Translations under genes and position numbers: made by a program
Part shown: in pieces, positions 45,948-55,469 of the stretch
How positions within the stretch are numbered: position 1 is the stretch's first letter
How the letters are laid out: each line of letters starts with the position of its first letter
Source: Theionarchaea archaeon
Lineage (GTDB): Archaea; Methanobacteriota_B; Thermococci; Methanofastidiosales; SZ-28-30
Reading direction: 5' to 3'
Assembly: GCA_018992565.1 (NCBI GenBank)
Contig: JACVGW010000007.1
Span: 1 to 61,907 of the forward strand
DNA length: 61,907 nt
Notes under the pieces: model-generated
What the model was told of the DNA's origin: nothing
The model's input: only the letters and a program-made list of their open reading frames with translations
Database searches by the model: none

Positions 45948-46808
45948 ATGCTTATTGATGAGAACACAAGAGTCGTGGTCCAGAATATCACTGGCACACA
46001 GGGCCAGTTTCACACCAAATCTATGCTGGACTACGGTACAAAGATAGTGGCGGGAGCTACTCCAGGAAAGGGAGGTCAGTCTGTTCATGACATTCCTGTG
46101 TATGATACAGTGGCTGAAGCAAAGGCAGAAACTGGTGTCACGGCCTCCATTATTTTCGTCCCTGCCCCTTTTGCAAAGGACGCAGTCCTTGAATCCGTAG
46201 ACTCCGAACTGAATCCCATCGTAGTAATTACAGAGCACGTTCCTGTGCATGATTCCATTATGTTCATTCAGCTAGCTCTTTCCAGAGACATTAGCATTAT
46301 TGGTCCGAATACACCTGGAATGATGGTTCCTGAGAAATGTAAACTGGGAATCATGCCCTCACATATATTCAAGGGGGGGCCAGTAGGTGTGGCCTCACGA
46401 AGTGGTACATTAACATATGAAATTGTAACTGATCTAACCAGGAATAACCTTGGACAGTCAACTGTTGTGGGACTGGGTGGAGACCCCGTGGTTGGATTCA
46501 ATTTCATTGATGCTCTGAAGAAATACGAAAAGGAAAAGGAGACGAAAGCGGTGGTACTGATCGGCGAAATCGGAGGAAATGCTGAAGAACTGGCTTCGGA
46601 ATTCATCAGGGAATATGTCGACAAACCGGTTGTGGCTTACGTAGCAGGAAAGACTGCACCAAAGGGAAAACGTATGGGACACGCAGGTGCTGTCATTTCT
46701 GGAAAGACAGGTACTGTGGAATCCAAGGTGGAAGCATTCAAGAAGGCAAAAGTACCCGTGGCTGACACTCCAGATGATATTGCAAAGCTACTCAAGGAGA
46801 TATTGTAG
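45948..46808 (+). CDS. sucD: Succinyl-CoA synthetase alpha subunit
   Basis: VVVQNITGTQGQFH, ASIIFVPAPFA, GPNTPG, SRSGTLTYE, MGHAGAVISG (phospho-His loop). Confidence 0.92.
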   Translation: MLIDENTRVVVQNITGTQGQFHTKSMLDYGTKIVAGATPGKGGQSVHDIPVYDTVAEAKAETGVTASIIFVPAPFAKDAVLESVDSELNPIVVITEHVPVHDSIMFIQLALSRDISIIGPNTPGMMVPEKCKLGIMPSHIFKGGPVGVASRSGTLTYEIVTDLTRNNLGQSTVVGLGGDPVVGFNFIDALKKYEKEKETKAVVLIGEIGGNAEELASEFIREYVDKPVVAYVAGKTAPKGKRMGHAGAVISGKTGTVESKVEAFKKAKVPVADTPDDIAKLLKEIL

Positions 46809-47003
46809 CCTCTGCCTTTTGAATTCTCTTGACTGCTGTCCCGTTTTCTTTTTCTCTATCTCTACTCATATTGGGAACGAGATGTTGCTGTCTTCCTACC
46901 AGTGAATCCAAAGAACTCGCTACAACTATTCGTTCTTTATGCCAAGGTGTAGAAGTGAGAAATCTTTTTATACCAGAAGTCACTACCTATTCATGGTGAG
47001 GCT

Positions 47004-47447
47004 ATGCCCAAGAAGCTAAGACTTCTGGAAAGACTCGAGCTGATAGTTCCTGGGTTCAAGGGCTACAAGGAAAAGGAAATTCGAAGAGAACAAGATAAGG
47101 CCCTGAGAATGCGGCTAGTTCGGGCCTTGGATGGTCTCAAGTATGATCTGATTGGTATGGAAGAGGAATATCCTGACGATCTAAAGAAAGTGAAGGAGCT
47201 GGAGGCTCTCATTGCACGCATCCAGAGATTGAAGGATAAGATTGAGCACGCAGACTATGGCTATGCAGGATTTTTCGACCTCAACCATATTGATGAGGAT
47301 ACGCTTGACGCGATCTACGAGCATGACCTAGGAGTATTTGATTTCATAGATCGAGTCAAGGGGATTGAAGAACTGGACATTCTTAAAACGAGAATCCTAG
47401 AAATCGAACAAGAATGGGACAAGAGGGAAGAGTTATGCGCGTCATAG
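47004..47447 (+). CDS. Hypothetical coiled-coil protein (147 aa)
   Basis: Charged heptad-like sequence. It overlaps the start of the downstream SPFH-like gene by 13 nt. Confidence 0.6.
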   Translation: MPKKLRLLERLELIVPGFKGYKEKEIRREQDKALRMRLVRALDGLKYDLIGMEEEYPDDLKKVKELEALIARIQRLKDKIEHADYGYAGFFDLNHIDEDTLDAIYEHDLGVFDFIDRVKGIEELDILKTRILEIEQEWDKREELCAS

Positions 47448-48391
47448 ACTACAAAGGAGACGATCTGGTAAATGCATACCGAGGAGAAGTGACACTTGGT
47501 GATCAATGCATTGTTCGAGAGAACCAACAGGCCGTCTTCTTCAGGGATGGGAAAGCATACGATGTGCTCGGCCCCGGCAGGCATACATTGACCACACTGA
47601 ATATTCCTCTTCTTTACAGAGCGTACAAGGTTTTCTTCGATGGACGCACGCCATTCACAGCAGAGGTTGTCTTCGTCAATACTTCAAAGTTTACCATCAA
47701 GTTCGGAACTAAACAGAAGGTGATGCTCAAGGACATGGTGCCAGTGGGAAGCTTCGGCACCACGTTCCTGCAAATCGAAGACCCGAAGCTGTTTGTCATT
47801 GAAATAGTGGGGAACCTTTCCCGATTTACGGAGGAGGAAGTGAAGAATTTCATTGAATCCTTTATTATCGAGAAATTCATAGACACACTGGCTGATTACA
47901 CATCTTTTGAAGTCTACAGACAGACAGAAGAAACGTCTACCAAGATCAGGGCCCAACTGCGGACAGATCTGGGCCGTTTTGGCCTGGAAATGGTAGATAT
48001 GCGGATTGAAGGAGTGACCATTCCCGACGACTACAAGAACAAGCTTTTCTACCTCCAAAGAGGAGTCAACGCAGAACAATTGATGGGCAAAGAAGTAGCA
48101 GAGAAATTTGCAGAGGCTATCAGAGATACGAAAGGAGGAGGAGCTGCACTGGGTGCCGGATTCATGGCTATTCCCTATGCACTTCAGGGGGCTACTCAAA
48201 TGATGACTGGTCCAGGCGCAGCATTGGTACAATGCTCAAACTGCGGAATGCAGGTACCTCGAAATGCCAAATTCTGCCCTAACTGTGGAAATGCCATGGG
48301 TACGGTGTCTGCAGGGATCAAGTGCTCAAAGTGTGGGTCAGAAATTCCTGCTGGGAGTAAATTCTGCCCGAATTGTGGAGAAAAAATTTAA
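47435..48391 (+). CDS. SPFH/virion-core-like (COG4260-type) protein with two C-terminal zinc ribbons
   Basis: GEVTLGDQCIVRENQQAVFFRDGKAYDVLGPGRHTL, then CSNCGMQVPRNAKFCPNCG and CSKCGSEIPAGSKFCPNCG. Confidence 0.8.
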   Translation: MRVIDYKGDDLVNAYRGEVTLGDQCIVRENQQAVFFRDGKAYDVLGPGRHTLTTLNIPLLYRAYKVFFDGRTPFTAEVVFVNTSKFTIKFGTKQKVMLKDMVPVGSFGTTFLQIEDPKLFVIEIVGNLSRFTEEEVKNFIESFIIEKFIDTLADYTSFEVYRQTEETSTKIRAQLRTDLGRFGLEMVDMRIEGVTIPDDYKNKLFYLQRGVNAEQLMGKEVAEKFAEAIRDTKGGGAALGAGFMAIPYALQGATQMMTGPGAALVQCSNCGMQVPRNAKFCPNCGNAMGTVSAGIKCSKCGSEIPAGSKFCPNCGEKI

Positions 48392-48561
48392 CCCTACATA
48401 CAGTCTTGGAGTCCATGTGACTCTGATTTCTCTTTTTTTCAACGTTCCATCTGATGAGCACATCAGCTACCGGCTGCACTGATCTCGCTGAATGCTCCTG
48501 CTCCAGTTTTCTTGTGAGACTCCTGCTCTTTTCTTTTCACTGATCACTTCATCATATGCCC

Positions 48562-49419
48562 TTACACTTCAGCCTTTTTCCGACCCCTGAGTCCTCTTGC
48601 GGCACCCAGAAGCAAAAGAATGCCTGCCACCACTACAACGACGATGACTGTATCCCATAGACCTGAGCTGGGAAGCGCGTTTTCCGTCACCCACTGGAAG
48701 CAATTTATGGAGAATTCCTGATTATTGGGCAGATTAATAAAGGAATCCAGAAAAGGCGTATTTGATCCAAGAAAAATTATCCTCCCTTTACCGTATTCAA
48801 TTGCAGCAACTACCACAATATCCTCTCCACGAATTACATCTGCACCGATAGTGCTCGTATCATCATCGCCCCAGGCGACAGCCACAACATCTTCCGATAC
48901 CTGGAGTGAACACGGCTTGTACATGACTATTTGCACAACGCCCACTGTCAGAGGATGATCTGCAAGGTTATGAATCACGGGAGTACAGTAGCACCCTTTC
49001 TTGTCTGTGGGATCGTCCACTGCATTGGACTGAAATGCCACTCCGAAGACCGATGTGAATTCATTATAGGAGATTCTGGACTCATCTTCCCATCCAATGT
49101 CGTGTTCGCCGCATACTATGAGTCCACCACCATCTTTCACGAATTTCTCCAGAGTATTCACATCAGAATCAGTCAACAATGTGTAGGGATGATACAGCAT
49201 AATGGCATCAAACCCGTTGAGTGTGTCCAGATTCAAAGGCTGATAGTTGAAACTGAGAGAGAAGTCCGGCAGCAAAGTCTGTATGGCAACCATGTTGTTC
49301 TCTGCGTTGACGTTCTGTTCACTGTGTGAAAGGTCCACCATGACGCGACGGGTTGCAGCTTGTGAATCAACACAAAGACCACCGATCAGCAAGAGTACAA
49401 AGACTACTACTAGTTTCAT
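48562..49419 (-). CDS. Secreted, C-terminally anchored protein with GATase1-like/DUF4350-like fold
   Basis: Signal peptide, DLSHSE, FDAIMLYHP, GGGLIVCGEHD, GKGRIIFLGS, C-terminal TM VIVVVVVAGILLLLGA plus a basic tail. Confidence 0.6.
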   Translation of the reverse strand: MKLVVVFVLLLIGGLCVDSQAATRRVMVDLSHSEQNVNAENNMVAIQTLLPDFSLSFNYQPLNLDTLNGFDAIMLYHPYTLLTDSDVNTLEKFVKDGGGLIVCGEHDIGWEDESRISYNEFTSVFGVAFQSNAVDDPTDKKGCYCTPVIHNLADHPLTVGVVQIVMYKPCSLQVSEDVVAVAWGDDDTSTIGADVIRGEDIVVVAAIEYGKGRIIFLGSNTPFLDSFINLPNNQEFSINCFQWVTENALPSSGLWDTVIVVVVVAGILLLLGAARGLRGRKKAEV

Positions 49420-49520
49420 AACCTGTTCTTGCAGCTTACATATTTAAAGCTTATGGTAAACCGATAGTTTTATATAGTTTTAATGAGCAATAGTACTAGA
49501 TGGTACTTCTAACCACAATG

Positions 49521-49558
49521 TTTAAATAGGCGTATTTCGTCAAGTAATTTAACTTGAC
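49521..49558 (+). promoter_or_regulatory. TATA-like tttaaata followed by a 20-bp palindrome GTCAAGT-aattta-ACTTGAC
   Basis: Read directly from the sequence at 49521-49528 and 49539-49558. The palindrome ends 9 nt before the ATG of the HTH gene at 49568. Confidence 0.35.
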
Positions 49559-49567
49559 TTTGGTGAT

Positions 49568-49975
49568 ATGATGCAGTACACTTTAACCTATGTGGAAAAA
49601 TGGCTCAATAGTGATTCTTTTGCCAAGAAACTGCTTGAAACGAGCTATTTCACAAAGAGGCAAATTAAGGACTACGTGACCTACGTGTGGAATCAAGACC
49701 TGGGAGAGAAGACCACCTATGAAGAGATTGCTGCCAGGCGGAATATTACCAAACAGGGGGTGGCAGAAAATATCCGATTGGCACGGGAGAACATTGATAG
49801 AGCAATGGCAACTTTCCTGCTGGCTGTGTACTGCAATGTCATACCACTGGAGACAATTGACTTTCTCATTGAGATTCTGGATGCTATGAGAGTAGCAAAG
49901 GAAGCTAATGATGAAGCAGAGTTTCGCAGACTGAGAAAACAAATGATGAAGGTCTTCAGGGAAAAACAGCCCTGA
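49568..49975 (+). CDS. Tfx-like / sigma-70 region-4-like HTH DNA-binding protein
   Basis: FTKRQIKDYVTYVW...TYEEIAARRNITKQGVAENIRLARENIDRA. Confidence 0.6.
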   Translation: MMQYTLTYVEKWLNSDSFAKKLLETSYFTKRQIKDYVTYVWNQDLGEKTTYEEIAARRNITKQGVAENIRLARENIDRAMATFLLAVYCNVIPLETIDFLIEILDAMRVAKEANDEAEFRRLRKQMMKVFREKQP

Positions 49976-50092
49976 AGTAATGAAGCGAAGGCTGTTGGAT
50001 GAGGACTGATTGCTTTTCCATTGATCGTGAAGTCTGAATCTCTTTCTTCTTCTGGCACTCAAATGTGCATATGAAATGCGCCACATGAGAAC

Positions 50093-50755
50093 CTATCCAG
50101 GAACCCCTTTTGGTCTTTGAATAATTAAGCACGTTCTGGTGAACAATCCATTCTCCATGACCCCGTTTATTGCATTGAGTTCGTGTTCCATGCTGACAGG
50201 ATCGTCAACTCTGGTCTTCATGTCAAAGATTACATTTCCTGACTCTGTGATGAATACTTGGTCACCCTCTTCAATTGACCTGCCATGGACAGTGCGCAGT
50301 TCACATACCCCATATTGTGATAAGTCTTTCTGTACAGAGTGAATGGCATAAGGATGGACTTCCACAAAGACTCTGGTAATTCTCTCAACAAATTTGTGAG
50401 AGTCAGCCAGAATCATCAGGCGGTCTGCTCTGTAATCCACCAGTTTCTCTTTGAGAAGGGCACCCCCACCCCCCTTAGAGACAAAATGGTGACGGTCCAC
50501 CTGGTCTGCCCCATCTACAGCTATATCAATAGTCTGAGAGGAGACGATATGAATATCGTTTTGCTCTGCCAGAAGGTGGGCTTGATATGAGGTGGGAACG
50601 CCATAGACAGTAATCCCCTCTGTGCGAATTCTTTCCCCGAGAGCCCTGATGAATTCCGCCGCAGTAGACCCTGTACCCAGTCCTACAACCATTCCATCCT
50701 TTATCATTCTGGAAGCTGTTTCTCCCAAGTCCCTTTTTTCATAAGCTTGAGACAT
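50093..50755 (-). CDS. rpiA: Ribose-5-phosphate isomerase A
   Basis: VVGLGTGSTA, DGADQVD, KGGGGALLKEK. Confidence 0.92.
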   Translation of the reverse strand: MSQAYEKRDLGETASRMIKDGMVVGLGTGSTAAEFIRALGERIRTEGITVYGVPTSYQAHLLAEQNDIHIVSSQTIDIAVDGADQVDRHHFVSKGGGGALLKEKLVDYRADRLMILADSHKFVERITRVFVEVHPYAIHSVQKDLSQYGVCELRTVHGRSIEEGDQVFITESGNVIFDMKTRVDDPVSMEHELNAINGVMENGLFTRTCLIIQRPKGVPG

Positions 50756-51240
50756 GGTGGTACTCCACTATTCCACACTTTATACTTTTCGGTTCTGATT
50801 GAATGCCTATTTTTCGGAGTTTGTCTCATCAAAGAAGAAAAGTCATTTTGTCTATCAAGGACCCGGGACGAAGGCTTACGTGCAAGAATTGATAGTCGCA
50901 TCACGCTTGCCCTGCAGCAATTTTATCAGACGGTGAACCCCACCTCGGGTGAATCCTGGTAACTTGCGCGCTACCTGATGTATCTCATTTCTTCGGAAGA
51001 AGCAATCGGAGGAAAGATACACCATGATGTCATAGGGACCAAACCACGTCTGTCACAATGATACACTGAAGCCGGAGAGGATTATCTTTCATTTGAAGTG
51101 ACTTTCGAAATACACAGGATCAGAATACACTGTGTCACCTTTATTCAATCATGAGATTCTCCACTGTGGGGCGGTAATAAGTGTTTATCTTTTAATATTA
51201 AGAGATTCCAGTATAAAAGACATAAATCAATATTAAATAA

Positions 51241-51258
51241 CTTCAACGTTAATTGAAG
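51241..51258. repeat. Hairpin/inverted repeat CTTCAA-cgttaa-TTGAAG
   Basis: Read directly from the sequence. The same stem sequence recurs at 51326-51341, 52967-52984 and 53051-53068. Confidence 0.6.
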
Positions 51259-53050
51259 CTATTACCCTTTGTTGTTTTTATCCATACCTAGGTACTGTTG
51301 ATAATCACCACTGATAAGAGTTAACTTCAACAAATATTGAAACCTACTTGTTGAATGATAATTATGTAGGATCATCTGTCTAGTAACATGAGAGACCGAA
51401 GATCTTCATGAGTATCCACTGAGCAGCTCACCATCATCATCTAGTCCAGTGATTGATATCAATGAAAGACAGAACATGCCTAGGTATCAAACGCCAGCTG
51501 GATGTCTGTGCATGTTGCTCATGTCTGAGTTGAAGAGGACGAGTCCTTTCACGGGACATGCCTTTCACATGTGGAGAGATCCTTCTTTTCTGATATTTCT
51601 TTTTATACCTTAGAGAAGAGATTTGCTACCTATGATGAGAAATAAAAGATATTTAATTATTGTATATTTACCTTAAAAAATACATCTAGTAGAGTGAAAA
51701 AGCAATATTGAGATTCTGAGACTGTTGTCAATTGAGAGAGAGCGAAAACTGAAAAGCTGAATCAGGCTGGCTGAATACTCACTTCCGGAAGGGGTGACCT
51801 CCTCGTATCGAAATTGATAGGTTATGTGCAGCACGATTCGAAGCAATCTCGACTACAGGAAAAGGAGAACATCCTTAACTGAGATCGTGCTAGAAGCAGC
51901 AAGAACATGAGTGTGCGTGAAGCACAGCATACCCGTGAGACTTCAGGAATACAGGAGATGCCGGGGTCCATCATCCTGACGCTTTTCGGGGAAGGTCGGT
52001 GGGAGCTATTTTCACTCATAAGTAGGAACAAGGAGTTGTTTTTACACTTTGTTAAAGAAATCAGTGCTGCCATTGAACATCTCCAGGTAACAATCCAAAG
52101 CATTGGGTTGCCTGATACGGAAGTAAACGACTTGGTTCAAAGATGGAGCCAGGAATCCTCCTTTGCTCTTTTGCCCATACATGCTCTCTTTGCAAGAAAG
52201 GGTCAATTCGGGAGGCTACTTCTGGATTGTCTACAGAAACATGTATAGGACAAAAGGAATCTCTGGAACGGCCAAGACGGCAATTGATAGGCTGTCAATA
52301 TGGATCATCCGCATTTCTGAATGAGTGAATACCACTCCCAGGAATGAACCATTTTCTGGATGAAAGATGAAGAGGGAAACTCAACCTCAGTTGCACTCTT
52401 CAATTGTGGGAGACTCTATCCTGAATGTACCATGATGGTACTCGTTTCCATCAGTGAGCAGGGTCAGAGGGGTTCAGCTCTGTACTCCTTGACTCAGTAC
52501 CTGGGAGCGAATCATGATTCCCTCTCTCATGTTGAAAGCCTCCAATTCCTAAACACAAAACCACTGAAGCTGCAGAGAGAGTATACTCTGACATGAAAGA
52601 GCCAAGGTTATTTCCAGGCTGCGCTATCTGCAAGGAGAGAATCAGGAGAGAAAGGTTTACACATGGAGTGTGCTCCAGATTTCTCTCGATTGCCTTCCTT
52701 TCAATTCCTTGGTGGAGGAAGTCCTTAGAAAAACAACCACACCTACCACAACTCTCGGCAACGTGGGATAGGAAAGGAATTCTCGGGTGGCCTGGAAGAG
52801 CTTCATCATGCCTCCATCCAAGAACCTTCCAGACTAAATCACTCCCGGATATCTCTATAAGCGATGCTCTGCACAACTTGTAGATGGACCGCCTTCTTAT
52901 CAAGAACAATGCTCTTTTTTACCATAAGAGCTCTGTCTTGTCGTCATTACGATAATAATCTGATGGCTTCAATTCTAACTGAAGTCATAATCACTTATTG
53001 GTAAAAGACGTCGTCCTATAACATTAATTAACGACATTAATAGTCATTAA

Positions 53051-53068
53051 CTTCAACACACGTTGAAG
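53051..53068. repeat. Hairpin/inverted repeat CTTCAAC-acac-GTTGAAG
   Basis: Read directly from the sequence. It lies 5 nt beyond the stop of the minus-strand ABCE1 gene and is preceded by TAA, like the left copy. Confidence 0.6.
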
Positions 53069-53072
53069 CCAT

Positions 53073-54830
53073 CTAGCTACTATAATAGTACTCCCCGCGA
53101 GCCTTCTGTTCTCTGTCCAGCAAAGAGCCTTCCTTGTTAGCCCGCGGCCTTCCTGACTCGGGTTCTCTTCTGAAAGTCACACCAATACTCCTTAAGAAGG
53201 AATTCATTCCATCCTTCAACCCTACAGGTGCAGAAGCTTCCCCTTGCACTCCTGGAACCCCTGAGAACACAATCAGTCTATCCGAAAGGTAATCAACAGA
53301 CACAATATCATGCTCCACGACCATGGCAGCCTTCTCATTCCTCTCCACAAACCTCCGCACCACCTTTGCCATAGCCAGTCTCTGCTCCACATCCAGGTAT
53401 GCAGTAGGTTCATCCAGTAAGTACATATCAGCTTCCTGCAGCAGACACACAGCAATACTCAACCGTTGCAGCTCACCTCCACTCAACTCTGACACCACAT
53501 TCTCTAGTAGCCGCTCCAATCCCAAAGGCCTCACAATTTCTGTCAACTGCAGAGAACTCAAAGGCTTCCTGTTCACTTGCATCAACACTATATCAACTGT
53601 TCCCTCATAATCAGATTTTAGATACTGCGGCTTGTACGATATCTTCAGTGTTGTTTCAAATTTCTCTTCACCTTCAATTACGCCTGCTAATATCTTGACA
53701 AAGGTGGACTTCCCGATGGCATTAGGTCCGATAATGCCCAGAACCTCTCCCATATGAATCTCCCCCTCACTCCCCTGGAACGAAAATCCCTCAAATTCCT
53801 TCCTCAGGGCAGGATATGTCAACATAATCTCCTCACCTTTCCACACCTTGCCCGCAGTATCAAACACAATCTCCTCCTTTCTGAATCGCACATTCTCCTC
53901 TTTTAAATATCCTCTCAGATATGAATTGATCCCCACTCTCACTCCATATGGAACAGAACAGACTCCATACACCCCCGGCTGCCCGTACAATACATGCACA
54001 TAGTCAGACAGGTAATCCAGTAAGGCCAGATCATGCTCCACCACAATGACACTCTTAGATTCTGACAAATCCCTAATAGCCCTAGAAGCATTCAGCCGTT
54101 GGGTAATATCCAGGTAACTGGACGGTTCATCAAAGTAGTATACATCCGCTTCCCTGCACATAGCCACAACCAGGGCCAACCTCTGCAGCTCTCCCCCTGA
54201 TAGACTCGAAATATCCTTTGATAGAGCCTCCTCCATTCCAAGTTCTCGAAACAGAGTGTCAGAAACCCCTCTTTCATCTGTTTTCCCTATCACATCCTCC
54301 ACTGTCCCTTTGACTACAGCAGGTATCCTGGTAATCTGCTGGGGTTTCATCACTACTTTCAGATCTCTGGATTCAAGCCTCTCAAAGTAGGTTTGCAGTT
54401 CTGAACCTCTGAAATACTGAGATAGGTCATGCTTTACTTCAGACGCATATTCACCCAGATTGGGAGTAATCTCTCCGCACAATATCCGAATTGCAGTAGT
54501 CTTACCCACCCCATTGGCACCCAACAGCCCCAATACCTGGTTCTCTCTGGGGATGGGCAACCTATATAATCTAAAGCTGTTGGCTCCAAATTGATGAATG
54601 GGCTGCTCTAGCTCCTCTGGCAAATTCACTATAGTAATAGCATCAAAGGGACACTTGTGAATGCAAATTCCACACCCTGTACACAGAACCTCGCTAATGA
54701 TAGGCTTTTTCGTGTCTTCATCAACTACAATTGTTTCTTCGCCCATTCTCACTCCTGGACAGAATTTGATACACATATAGTGACACTTCTTGGGTTCGCA
54801 CTTATCCAAATCCAACACTGCAATCCTCAT
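53073..54830 (-). CDS. abce1: ABCE1 / RNase L inhibitor-type ribosome recycling ATPase
   Basis: N-terminal 2x[4Fe-4S] (CEPKKCHYMCIKFCP, CTGCGICIHKCP). Walker A GANGVGKTT and GPNAIGKST. Signatures LSGGELQR x2. Confidence 0.95.
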   Translation of the reverse strand: MRIAVLDLDKCEPKKCHYMCIKFCPGVRMGEETIVVDEDTKKPIISEVLCTGCGICIHKCPFDAITIVNLPEELEQPIHQFGANSFRLYRLPIPRENQVLGLLGANGVGKTTAIRILCGEITPNLGEYASEVKHDLSQYFRGSELQTYFERLESRDLKVVMKPQQITRIPAVVKGTVEDVIGKTDERGVSDTLFRELGMEEALSKDISSLSGGELQRLALVVAMCREADVYYFDEPSSYLDITQRLNASRAIRDLSESKSVIVVEHDLALLDYLSDYVHVLYGQPGVYGVCSVPYGVRVGINSYLRGYLKEENVRFRKEEIVFDTAGKVWKGEEIMLTYPALRKEFEGFSFQGSEGEIHMGEVLGIIGPNAIGKSTFVKILAGVIEGEEKFETTLKISYKPQYLKSDYEGTVDIVLMQVNRKPLSSLQLTEIVRPLGLERLLENVVSELSGGELQRLSIAVCLLQEADMYLLDEPTAYLDVEQRLAMAKVVRRFVERNEKAAMVVEHDIVSVDYLSDRLIVFSGVPGVQGEASAPVGLKDGMNSFLRSIGVTFRREPESGRPRANKEGSLLDREQKARGEYYYSS

Positions 54831-54831
54831 G

Positions 54832-55461
54832 CTAATCCCAGTCCACTCCTACAATCTGTATTGTGTCCATATCCAGTATATCCACATAGACCCTCAAAAC
54901 ATTGCATGGATAGTAATTGAGATACACGAAGATTATGGCATCATATATATTGCCTCTGAATGTGCCTGAAACATTCGAAACAGACACCGAGTGATGACAT
55001 GTACCGCAGCTCTGGCATGGATAGCATGAGCAGTAAGGGTCGGACCAGTAGGGACAGTCAGAGTGTACTCGCCGAGATTCACATTCATTCAAATCATTCT
55101 CCAATTCCTGAGCTTCTGCTTCCAGATCATACACTCGCATTCTCAAAGAATTCACCAGTCCTTCATATGAAATGGCACTTCCTGACTGCGATTCCAGCTC
55201 CCTCTGCAGTTCTCGGAGGCTGGAATTAAGCACATCAATTTCCTTCTGAAGATCCTCGTTCTCCTCTTCCAGGTCATGTTTCTGTCGATCATACTGATAG
55301 TACAAGTTGTTCTTCTCTGCCTCCAAGGAAGCAATCTTCTGTTCCAAAGTCCAGTCAGCCTGATCAGACTGAACAGAATAGTACAGCAAGAAAAAATTTC
55401 CCACAACTGAAAGGATAAAGAGAATGAAGAGCATAATGAAAGCCACATCCTTTCCAGTCAT
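54832..55461 (-). CDS. Membrane-anchored coiled-coil protein with Cys-rich C-terminal region
   Basis: N-terminal TM FIMLFILFILSVVGNFFLLYY, a long acidic coiled coil, then CPYWSDPYCSCYPCQSCGTCHH. Its stop is 1 nt from the ABCE1 start. Confidence 0.65.
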   Translation of the reverse strand: MTGKDVAFIMLFILFILSVVGNFFLLYYSVQSDQADWTLEQKIASLEAEKNNLYYQYDRQKHDLEEENEDLQKEIDVLNSSLRELQRELESQSGSAISYEGLVNSLRMRVYDLEAEAQELENDLNECESRRVHSDCPYWSDPYCSCYPCQSCGTCHHSVSVSNVSGTFRGNIYDAIIFVYLNYYPCNVLRVYVDILDMDTIQIVGVDWD

Positions 55462-55469
55462 ATTACCAC

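Noticed and set aside
51158-51174. ORB-like element tctccactgtggggcgg in the AT-rich gene-poor region, considered as a replication origin (oriC)
   Set aside because: There is only a single ORB-like hit. I could not find an inverted partner or repeated mini-ORBs, and no orc1/cdc6 gene lies in the window. The idea is kept only as a remote possibility within the gene-poor-region finding.
51462-51533. 23-aa Cys-rich mini-ORF MKDRTCLGIKRQLDVCACCSCLS
   Set aside because: It has no SD or promoter-like element and no maturase nearby. A Cys-rich mini-ORF of this size could arise by chance in 2 kb of non-coding sequence.
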